A stretch of 64,000 nt of DNA. Origin: Phoronis australis (taxonomy: Eukaryota; Animalia; Phoronida). A program made the position numbers and the translations under genes. Positions within the stretch are counted from its first letter, which is position 1. Each line of letters opens with the position of its first letter. The notes under the pieces are model-generated. The model saw nothing but the letters and a program-made list of their open reading frames with translations, had not been told where the DNA came from and did no database searches. The DNA lies in assembly GCA_002633005.1 (NCBI GenBank), contig NMRA01000001.1, forward strand, positions 2,148,933 to 2,212,932. The letters run 5' to 3'. Positions 12,441 to 23,800 of this stretch are shown here, piece after piece.

Positions 12441-13519
12441 AGCTCAGCATGCGTCAAGTACTTAACATGATTGCTACCATTGTGACCCTGAAAAAAGATA
12501 TGAATGTTAATTGTCAAGCAGAACAAATTAATTGCAATCTGTATTAGATTTTCAGTATTTGCAGTAAAGTTGAATGAGTAAAGTATTAAATCAAGAAAAC
12601 TCAGTAACTAACTGGCTTTCAAACACGGAACAGAAGTAGTACAAGAAGCCAAAAGTATTCAGACAAAATGACCTGTAATTCCCCGTCTTCCCTCATGACC
12701 GAGAATGCAGGGGAAGAACTGTAAGGTGGCCAAGACTTTCTATAATTAGAAGTTTGCCACCTTGATGGTTATTACCAATCGTTTTGGCTGTTAACCGAAT
12801 CATGACAGGAAACAGTATTTTGTCTGGTTATTTTTGTCTTGTAGTTCACTAACTTTTACGACGACGGATTAGCTTGAGTGAACCTTATAGATTTTCATGG
12901 ATATATTCAACAGAAGAGCTACTACAGAAAGACCGAGCGTTTTAATGACAATGTGTCACTTTTAAGTAAAAATTGTGCAAGGTGAAAAGATGCACTTCTT
13001 TTGCAGTCCAAATTTGGACTGCCGCTGGTTCGCAAGTGCTAGTACGGAGTCAGGAAAAGAGGGTTGTTGCCTGCATGAGCCATGTTGCCTACCACATACA
13101 TGCAGTTTTGAAAATTGAGTATTTATTGTTGATCAACATAAATTATTTAAGCGTCTGAGTGAACACGTGAGTATCAAACTTCAAAGACACTCAAAATAGC
13201 CATACTAATTGAAGTATAGCCGTAGACCGTCCAGTGGCCTGCTCGACTAGTCTGCTCTCAATAATACATTTCAAAAGTGTCAGTGACCCATGGAATGCCA
13301 ATAGGAATGCACCATGGTCCACGACCACGGCCATGACTGAGTGACTGCCACAGGCAGCACTGCCACTGAAACTGTCATTGACATTGGACGAGTAACTACA
13401 CATTTCACGAAATGAAAAAGAGAAAAATTAAATTGATTTTGTGAAAAGAAATCCGATCTAACTGGAAATATGGAGAAAGACTCCGCGAAATCTAGAAATG
13501 AACTGAAGAACATCATTAC

Positions 13520-13650
13520 CTGTCATCGACGGCTTGATTAACAACGGTGAAAACAAATATGGCCGCCGGATATTCAAACTGTACAACAGGAGTCGCTTCT
13601 GACAGGTAAACTTTCATTATGTAACGGGAATCGGTGGAGCGACCAGCACC
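13520..13650 (-). promoter_or_regulatory. Probable USH2A non-coding first exon and promoter
   Basis: CpG-richer patch; minus-strand donor GACAG|GTAATG at 13519 could join the acceptor before 12487; TSS not determinable. Confidence 0.45.
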
Positions 13651-13851
13651 CATCTACTTATTATTACTTGGCGAAATAAATTTTCTAAAATGTCGACTGT
13701 TCGTAGCCAATAAAAATATTTGCAGCGTTGTGTACTTTTTCACTCGTTCGAATCGCATACGAGAGAACCATGGTGACAACTTATAGAGAAACACTGAAGA
13801 GAGGAGTAGATAAAATAGGCCTACTGAGTTTATTATATGCGCTAAATACAA

Positions 13852-14443
13852 TGTTATACAAACTTACAACACCCCATTAGCTCATTCCGTCGTCATTGTA
13901 CCCTCACTAGGTTTGGAACGGCTCCCAAATCGCCTAAATCGGTACCCAAAGTTGAGTAATGAAAATTTTGTATCAAAGTAAAGCTAAAAGTAGAGAAGTT
14001 GAGACTCTAACCGGATAGTAACGAGACTCGATAGATGAAAAAGTTGAGATTCTTACCAGATACATACGAGACCCGGTAGAATCCGAAGTAGAGTGTGAGG
14101 GGCCCATTTTTATAGGCACATTCGCACCGCGAATGTTCCAAATTGCGCTAAAATAGGGGACTCAAGTTAAACGTAAAAAACAATCAAAATGCAACTAAAA
14201 ATTTCGTCATCGGAAGTAACAAATAAGGAATTGACCATCTTACACCTATTTAAAATATAAGAACACACTCTAGCTTCTGGAACTAAACTGACGACTCGTC
14301 TTTACTCATGACTCCATCAATAGACGGAGCTCCCGTCACACATACTCGGCCTGAGCTACGAAACTCGTAAGCCAATACTAAGTTACGAGTCTAATCGCAA
14401 AATGTTCTCTTGTAGAAATAAAGGCGACTACTACATTTTGACA
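13852..14443 (-). mobile_element. Possible LTR remnant
   Basis: TGT...ACA ends, minus-strand TATAAAAA near 14110, internal duplication of about 45 bp (13996-14080), weak purine tract next to 14444; no TSD. Confidence 0.3.
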
Positions 14444-15895
14444 GCCCTCATTTAGAGAGTGAACCCTTTCGTACCAGAAACAACTCTCTTTTTGCAGTAG
14501 GACATGCAGTAGGCCAGCTAAGTGAGCAAAAAGCTTGAAATAATACAAGAAGATATATATCCTGCTTCAAGACGCCCGAGGGAGAATTTTCAAGATTTTT
14601 TATTTCTCATAGTGGTGGCGACTCTCCTACAGTATACTACCACTTCGACTGATTAGTCTGAGCACAACAATTCTCAACTGACTCCGGGTAAGAATTGGCC
14701 ACTTAAAAAATTAGGGTGTTTTGCCCTTTGCCTGAAGCAAAACATCATCCTTTTGGGTAAAACTTCCGAGGATAGGTGTTTTGTTCCAAGTCGCAGCAGC
14801 AAAGCTAAAAAGTTTTTCAAAAGTCTGAATTCAGTGTTTGTATCAATGACGAAATGACTTGAAAAGACGCAGTAATACTGAGGTCTATATATAACGACTC
14901 GAGGGAACTAAGACTAATTGGTAAAACAGCTTAAAGTAACTAAAACAGATTTCATTTTTTAATCTTCGAATGTCTTTAGGGAAGCAGCAAACGCCAAGTC
15001 ATCGCGCGTCACTCGGAACTACTCAGTGGTATGAGGCGCACGGGAAAGCGTATAGTGTCACGTCGTTTACTTACGGGCCTACAAAGCCATGGTCTTTCCA
15101 TTGGTAGATTTCATTTCTAATTATTTCTCCGAGAACAGTGCTTGTCTGTATTGTCCCAGATGAATTGTCCTAAGTTCTAAAGCGTGTTTGTCGGGGTGAC
15201 GACGTTGTCGTGGTGTACTGTACGCTGCATTCTCTGCTTGCTATCGATAGAGCCACTTTGAATAAGTTCTAACAGTCTCGCCACCATATACCCTCGCTTT
15301 TTCCTTTTGTGATAATCGGCAACTAAACTTCAATATGTGTTCAAACCATACACCCTTTGGTGTGGTAAGCTTTACCTAAAGACTTTCCGTTGGGAGCAGA
15401 TCGCCTTCCCCTGGCGCTTCACCGGCCATCTTCAGCGCATAGCCCAAAAGAACATGAGATATGATACACACGTCATTATTATTACATTTTGAATAGCTGA
15501 CCGATTCACGTGAAACTTTAACAACTGTACTTTATGTACTGTTCTGTTTTTTGCTTGTTCCATTTTTGCAGAAGGGTCTATTAAATAGCGATTGTGATTT
15601 TTTAATAAAAAATCAAAAGTTACACACCAAAACGAAATGATGCTATAGAAAACTGTTGCAGAGTTTTGAAATTTCCTCTAGAACATTTATGTACATCCGG
15701 TGAAATCTGGCCAGATTCTCGATACCAGGTTAGTGGTACCGAATGTACCTTTCTTTTTTGGAAAAAAATGAATAAACACAGTCACGTGGCCCGGTTAATA
15801 ACAGACTGGTATTAGGACAACATCAAAGCCAATACTACCGGTAGCGTGTATTACACAGTCAGTCGACTAGAGTGACGTCTTTCATGAAAATGATA

Positions 15896-16152
15896 CAGGG
15901 TGTCCCAAAAAATGGTCACAAAAATCTTAAGTGAGTGCCAAGATATATTTTTTCTCGAAAATAACGGCATTTTTTAGTATCCTTGGAGTCTGAAAAACTT
16001 TATTCGTAGCTTATCTTTGAATGAGAGTGGCATTTCTCTTAAACTTCTGTGTTTTTGGAATGCGAAAAACGCCGTTGGTTTTTGGTAAAATAAATTTCTG
16101 ATATCCATATTTCAGAGTAGGCCTATCTTCGGTAACATTTTTGGGACACCGG
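15896..16152. mobile_element. Tc1/mariner-type MITE
   Basis: TA|CAGGGTGTCCCAAAAAATG ... CATTTTTGGGACACC; right end degenerate. Confidence 0.65.
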
Positions 16153-16879
16153 CAATTTACCCTCGTGCACGTAGCAACAGAAGATAACGCAAATTAACCT
16201 GAAATGCAGGATAAAAACTAATTTGATTTTCTGAGTACCGACCACGGACAAATCATATGGAACCTAATTCCAGCGTAAGTTGCCGAGGATTACGTATACA
16301 GTTAAAAAGATTACCCATGTACCCAATGACGTAGACTACCCTCAGTATATTTGTAGTTGCATTTGTAAGCAGTAACAAGAGTCCGCATCAACCCATTAGG
16401 CGATCGAATACCACTTCCCATTCGTTTCAGCTCAGAACTCATCCCTGTCTGACTGTGGGGATCTATGCAAGTTCTTCGGGTATGTCCAGTCCGGTGTCAT
16501 ATAGTTTGGGTGCCCGAGTTAAAAGTCGAGCACTCGAGATAGAAAAAAATTCTCATGCCCTTTCCCAGCCTCTGCGCCCTTGGCATCCGCTAGGAATAAA
16601 AATCGTCTAAGGCAAAAACTAGGTCGAACGGCGGAATGAAATTCCTGGAAATATAAATCGATGTCTCACAGAGAGATGGCGCAACTGAGTTTTTAGCATT
16701 GTGAGAGCATTCACTATATGATGAGCAGACGTCTGTTAGCTAAGTGCGTTGTCGAGTGATGTGTATTGCTTGCGTATTTGTCTCATTGTTCAGCACTCTG
16801 GTAATCACTCTGTAGAGAAGAAAATAAACTACTCCGCTCACTTATGCAATATTGAATGACTGACTATGGCTATGAAACT

Positions 16880-17020
16880 ATAGCTAGCGCTACCGTCAGA
16901 GCTACTTTGTCTATGTTGTATCGTGAACGAAAAAGTAAAAACTTTTGGTTTGGCACTTCCAAGTTTACGTCGGAAAACCCTAGCCTTCCCTATCGGATAA
17001 TTTGATTAGACTTTTTCCAG
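16880..17020 (+). promoter_or_regulatory. Probable ADAM10 non-coding first exon and promoter
   Basis: Strong donor CAG|GTGAGT at 17021 upstream of the acceptor TTTCAG| before 17793; start approximate. Confidence 0.5.
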
Positions 17021-17809
17021 GTGAGTTTGATTTATGGGCCATGTTTTAAGCCCATTTCATTAGATATGGTCACGGAACATGTTTCATGCACTTCAGTATA
17101 AGCGCGACCGCGGGTCTCATAATTCCATTTCGGTGTAGCCTGTGGCTGTAGGTACTACCTACAGCCACAGGCTACCTACTAGGTAGCCGTAGGCGTAGCC
17201 GTAGGCGTAGCCGAGTGTAGGTGTGAGGTAATTCAATGGTAGGCCCACAGTCAGTGCAGCAATGGTAAAATGACATAAATGATGCTGTCCTATCTGCTAT
17301 TGAGCTAAACTAGCCAGTAAATAAAGTTGGTAGAATTTAAAGATAAATGTTTAACCATGTAGGCCTACTTGTGAAGAATCCAAAATGCTTAAATTTAAAA
17401 TACTTGAAATCCAGAGAAAAAAAACTTTTCCGACATCGACGTGAAAACATGAGTAGGCCTATGGTAATTAAAATGTGTAATTAAACCATTAAGACTCAAA
17501 ACTGACACCACATGTACAGAAACTGATTCATTTTCAAAAAGATCTAAGTGATTGATTACATTGTATTTTTGTCAGTAGTCGTAGTGCCTCTGTTTAGGCA
17601 GCTGTATAATGGGATAACTGATTCGTTGACCGACTTGTTTTCAGTTGCAGATTTGTGGTAGGCATTGACCAAAACATCATTTCTTAAACAAATTAACGAT
17701 CAATTAATACTTTGGACCTTGTCACGCACAAACTCATCTTCTTTCAGAAGCTAAGTTTTGATTCAGTTTCCATGAATTTTTTTTCCTTTCAGGTAGACTA
17801 GTAATGTGA

Positions 17810-17882
17810 ATGCTTTTGAGAAATACTGAGATGAGGGCACCTGTGACATTGGTGCTGTTGCTAAAACTGAAAACCTTAATAG
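17810..17882 (+). CDS. ADAM10: ADAM10-like coding exon 1 (signal peptide)
   Basis: MLLRNTEMRAPVTLVLLLKLKTLI; G|GTAAGT; start could be the second Met at 17831. Confidence 0.75.
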
Positions 17883-20800
17883 GTAAGTTCCCAGGCTGTA
17901 ACATGGTGACAGTTCTGTATCATATGAATTCAGTCTGGCTACAAATTGGCTTCATTTGTAGGTTATTCTGGCTGTCTATCCAATCATAAAATACCAAAAG
18001 TTTGTTGACATTTGTAATGGGTAAATCAAGAGATTAATGGGTGATAATAAAGTCAGCTGGCCTGTATACTAGTGAACCTAATGCCAATGTGTATTGAATG
18101 TGATTAACTCTGGTAGATAAACACATACATACTCAGAAGCATTTGGATTTAAAAATCAGAAAAAAGTATATTTGTGAGTGGATTACATCCTTTGTGTTTT
18201 GAGAAGTGAAAAATAATGATCGCCTATCTTCATAATTTCACTAAAATCGCACTATTGAGTTTTTATTGAAAAGACTTGTCTCATCAGCATCGCAGCACTA
18301 ACCCACTTACTGCATTGATTTTATAGCATTGCCCATATAAGGGCGTTGTCCCACCAAATTGCAGTGCTCTCACAATATCTGAGCTGTCTGTGACATCTGA
18401 CTGAGAACGACAGAAACTGGAAACCTAAGTCAAAACATGCCTTTATATTGGGACACCATCATCCACAAGGTCCTCACTCAGTTTTACTAGCCTCAGTTGG
18501 GTATCACTGGCCTTTGTTAGAATTCAGGGGCTATGTCAACAGTCATTGTGTTCTAGTCATTACTCTATCAGATTGTGTTTGGCTTGGATAAGTGGATTAC
18601 CTAACTAATCATCATAACCCCTGACACTGATCAATCCCAGCAGGTTATATTGGTTCTGAAGTGGTTATCAGTGTTTTGCTGTGATTTCTTAGATGCTAGT
18701 CAAGTTATTATGTAAATATAGAGAGAATTAGGCACCGAACCCCTGACCATTGGTGCTATGGGTGAGTGACATAATATGGTTATAGTACTTCTTTACCAAT
18801 TCAGCACACATCATATGGTAAATTTGTCAAGAAACACAACCAGCAGAGTAAGAATTGTTTGCTCGTTATTATCTTGTTTTGTACTGTGTATAGTTCATAA
18901 AACATTTTTATTTGTCTCACGTCTTTGTATTTTCTATAGTTCACAGTGTATTTTGGTGAAATGAATTTGGTAGTTTCTTATGCTTGCAGCTAGGTAACCA
19001 GCCATTGTATGAAAAATAGAAAAACAGCAATTTTATCAATTATTCTTGACGTGATATAAGTGAAGCGCATTGGAGTTCCATTTCCCGGTTATGACGACAA
19101 GTTCCTCTTTCAGTGAAAATGACCAAAGATCAGAAATTCATGTTGACCTCGGCCGTCCGTTGTGGCGGGAACTTTTTTTGTGTCATTTTCTTAGATTATT
19201 TTTCTTGTACTATTGGGATTTCTAGCGAAAATACAAACATAAGTTCGCTTAGAAAATTTTGAAAATGTGAAATTTATGTATTTACCAACTCTTTTGTAGA
19301 CAATGAATAACACTTTTTATATTCTAATTGTTCAAGTATTCAGTGCCAAAACTTAGACACATATTTTCTAGGATACCCCATCAAACCATTCATCGGACAC
19401 TTTGAACCTGTATATTATACTCCACCAAAGATCTCACGTTGGACAAGATCGTCAATGAAACATGCTTATTACGAGTTTTCAGCATATGGCAGGTAACAAT
19501 TGTTTACTTACTGCCTGAAATGGAATTTTGTTGAGCAGGTTTCTCAACACACATTCCATGTCTTATACTTTTCCACACCATCCTTCCCAAACAGATCATT
19601 CAAGACAGTAACAAAAAGAGAGCCAAAGTGCCATCAGTTTTAAGAAACACTGTTGGCCAACCCTTCAAAATTCTGTCACTTGATACCAATCACAAGAGAT
19701 TTCTCAATTCTTTTTCAATGGTAGAAACCAATTGCTTATATTGAAACCTCTGTGAGGCAGTAAAATCTCACAAATTTCAGAAAAAAAGTAATTGACTAAT
19801 TGCCCATTTTTAATTTTTCTCTGTGGTTCAACATTGTTGGCAAGCACATATTTTCTCAAAATATTGTCTCATAGTCTATGATACAAAACTTGGCACAGTA
19901 TTTATTTGATACTAACAATCTTTTATAAAAAAGAAAGTAGAATTTCACTTCTATACCATGTTGTCTCGGTCCTAATATTGGTCAGATTTCATCATAACCA
20001 GGCAATTTCATGTTGTTCATGCTTGACTGTAAACAAAGGACTAATCGCTACTCTGTTTCAGGTTGTTTAAGTTACATTTGCATCGAGATGGTGGTGTTTT
20101 CACGGAAGATGCAGATGTGACGCTTAACCAGGAGACTGTGCTGCATAATTATGACAGATTTAATACTTTCTCTGGAACGCTACAAGGTTTGGCTAAAAAA
20201 CAGTCTTGTGATGGAACAAAAGTTAGCAATGAACTCGTTTTTGGTCCAAGACCACATCTATGCATTATAGTCAGTTGCCAGGACTTTATGTGAGTGGCAA
20301 AATGTCACCAATTTTTGACAAAAATAGTCAAAATTTTCACTTTCATTATTCAAAGGTTTCCAACATTGTAAGTGTGAATGCCCGCAATTGAAAGATATAG
20401 TCTGATGGCAGCTGTGGTAACAAACTTGAAAATGGTAAAACATTACTTTGGTGCTACTTAACCTTTATGAAAAAAGTGAGAAAGTAAACTTTCGCTTGTC
20501 TGCCATGTTGTTTCGTAAATTGATGAGATTTTCCATAATGTGCTTGACTTGAGCAACAAATTCTGTTTCTATAAATCACATTTTACCTTCTTGTACATAA
20601 TTTGTATAATATATTATTTATGTTAGGAAGATATTGCTATAATTATATATACATATTTTTCATTGACTACTTATTGTAAATATTCAGCATTATTGGTTTT
20701 GTTCTGGTATTACGCATGGCTTTATTTATTTTGATTATCTATTTATTTGGGTTATTTTACTATACTTATGTATTGTACAAGATTATTAATAAACAAGTCA

Positions 20801-23800
20801 AGACCAAAAATAATGAGAAAACCTGAATAAGTCATTTTTGACTGTAGGGCTGCTAGGAATTGAGGGACATCATGTGAGATAAGAATTTAGCAAACTCACG
20901 TCACAGCCTTCATGCAGTGAGTTAGTGGGTTTCATTTAGCTCCACAGCAGTGTGTTGATTAAACATGGCATGAACTGCAAATCATTTGTACAAACTGAGA
21001 CCTTCAAATAATTTTTTTGTACCCAAACAGATTTAGTTTGAAGGAATGAACATCTATTGTACAAAGTACCGAACAAAATGAAGATCAGCAGCTGAGGAAA
21101 TATCATGCCATTTGATAGCAGAATACAAAATTCTTGTCTGAATGATTTTTTGGAGAGCGAGATGAAATTCTATAATTTTGAGTTGGAATTTTAAGCAATA
21201 TAAAAATATCGACTTGGAACTCTTCTGTATATCCAAGTTCGTAATGTAAGACAAAAGTGAGCAGTGAAATATCTGAAGAAATGCTTGAACATTAGGCATC
21301 CAAAGTCTGACACTACAACATGTTTATCTTAAGTTTCTGGATATCATTTAGGATAGGCTTACAATAACCTTCACTGCAAAATTTTGCCACCAGGGTGCCG
21401 CATTTTAAAAACCAGTTTTCTCATCCGTTGAATAACAGGCATCAAACCATTTCTCGAAATCTAGGACCCCTGCTAAGTGGCTATTGCTCAATCCTGTGTT
21501 CATGAGACCTCTCATCTGCCTTCATATCATTGGATCCCAAATCAGACAGCATACTTATCTACCTTTTTACACCTTCATTCCAATTACATAATGTGTAACC
21601 ATTCTGCACAAAATGCTGGTAATTTTCAAGGCAAGATGCATCTCACCTTATTATCAAAGGTATTTTACACACTCAGCACCAAAAAATCATAAACTATTGT
21701 ATTCAGCTTATCTGGGTAATTGATTTTTGCCGAGATGCCTGTATTAAAGGGGCTACGCGTTCCGATGCAACTTTTCCATACACGTGGTTTTGCTAAAAAT
21801 GTTGAAAGTCAAAAACAAAAAAGTCGCCAGTGTAAGGTATGTATGGTTTTGCACGATTTGTCTCCATGGAATAAACTGCATGTCAAAAATGACCCCTCCC
21901 CTCGATTTTAGAGTAAAATGCTGTGCCTCCTCTATTAAAGCAGCTAACTAATATACAATTGGGTATATGACAAGCCAATCAGCTGACAGAAACCCAATTA
22001 CCGAGCTAGTTAAGTATGTGCATATTTGCTTAGTGCATGTGTCAGGGCTTGGAATTTTCCTCTTTTAAAGGGATTTCCTCTTTGTTGATTTCGATTTCCT
22101 CTTATTTGATTTCCAGTTTCCTCTATTTTCGTCTCTTTTTTATCATAATTTTGAATTTATTTATTNAATGTGCTTGACTTGAGCAACAAATTCTGTTTCT
22201 ATAAATCACATTTTACCTTCTTGTACATAATTTGTATAATACATTATTTATGTATGAAGATATTGCTATAATTATATATACGTATTTTTCATTGACCACT
22301 TATTGTAGATATTCAGCATTATTGGTTTTGTTCTGGTATTACGCATGGCTTTATTTATTTTGATTATCTATTTATTTGGGTTATTTTACTATACTTATGT
22401 ATTGTACAAGATTATTAATAAACAAGTCAAGACCAAAAATAATGAGAAAACCTGAATTAGTCATTTTTGACTGTAGGGCTGCTAGGAATTGAGGGACATC
22501 ATGTGAGATAAGAATTTAGCAAACTCACGTCACAGCCTTCATGCAGTGAGTTAGTGGGTTTCATTTAGCTCCACAGCAGTGTGTTGATTAAACATGGCAT
22601 GAACTGCAAATCATTTGTACAAACCGAGACCTTCAAATAATTTTTTTGTACCCAAACAGATTTAGTTTGAAGGAATGAACATCTATTGTACAAAGTACCG
22701 AACAAAATGAAGATCAGCAGCTGAGGAAATATCATGCCATTTGATAGCAGAATACAAAATTCTTGTCTGAATGATTTTTTGGAGAGCGAGATGAAATTCT
22801 ATAATTTTGAGTTGGAATTTTAAGCAATATAAAAATATCGACTTGGAACTCTTCTGTATATCCAAGTTCGTAATGTAAGACAAAAGTGAGCAGTGAAATA
22901 TCTGAAGAAATGCTTGAACATTAGGCATCCAAAGTCTGACACTACAACATGTTTATCTTAAGTTTCTGGATATCATTTAGGATAGGCTTACAATAACCTT
23001 CACTGCAAAATTTTGCCACCAGGGTGCCGCATTTTAAAAACCAGTTTTCTCATCCGTTGAATAACAGGCATCAAACCATTTCTCGAAATCTAGGACCCCT
23101 GCTAAGTGGCTATTGCTCAATCCTGTGTTCATGAGACCTCTCATCTGCCTTCATATCATTGGATCCCAAATCAGACAGCATACTTATCTACCTTTTTACA
23201 CCTTCATTCCAATTACATAATGTGTAACCATTCTGCACAAAATGCTGGTAATTTTCAAGGCAAGATGCATCTCACCTTATTGTCAATGGTATTTTACACA
23301 CTCAGCACCAAAAAATCATAAACTATTGTATTCAGCTTATCTGGGTAATTGATTTTTGCCGAGATGCCTGTATTAAAGGGGCTACGCGTTCCGATGCAAG
23401 TTTTCCATACACGGGGTTTTGCTAAAAATGTTGAAAGTCAAAAACAAAAAAGTCGCCAGTGTAAGGTATGTATGGTTTTGCACGATTTGTCTCCATGGAA
23501 TAAACTGCATGTCAAAAATGACCCCTCCCCTCGATTTTAGAGTAAAACGCTGTACCTCCTCTATTAAAGCAGCTAACTAATTGGGTTTATGACAAGCCAA
23601 TCAGCTGAATACAGAAACCCAATTACCGAGCTAGTTAAGTATGTGCATATTTGCTTAGTGCATGTGTCAGGGCTTGGAATTTTTTAATTTTAAACGGATT
23701 TTCTCTTTTTTGGTTTCGATTTCCTCTTATTTGATTTCCAGTTTCCTCTTTCTTCATCCATTTTTTATCATTATTTTGAATTTATTTATTTAAAAACGTC

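Noticed and set aside
21054-23540. Duplicated small ORFs (81, 71, 63 aa) as a gene cluster
   Set aside because: Intronic, no recognisable motifs, and duplicated only because of the N-joined duplication.
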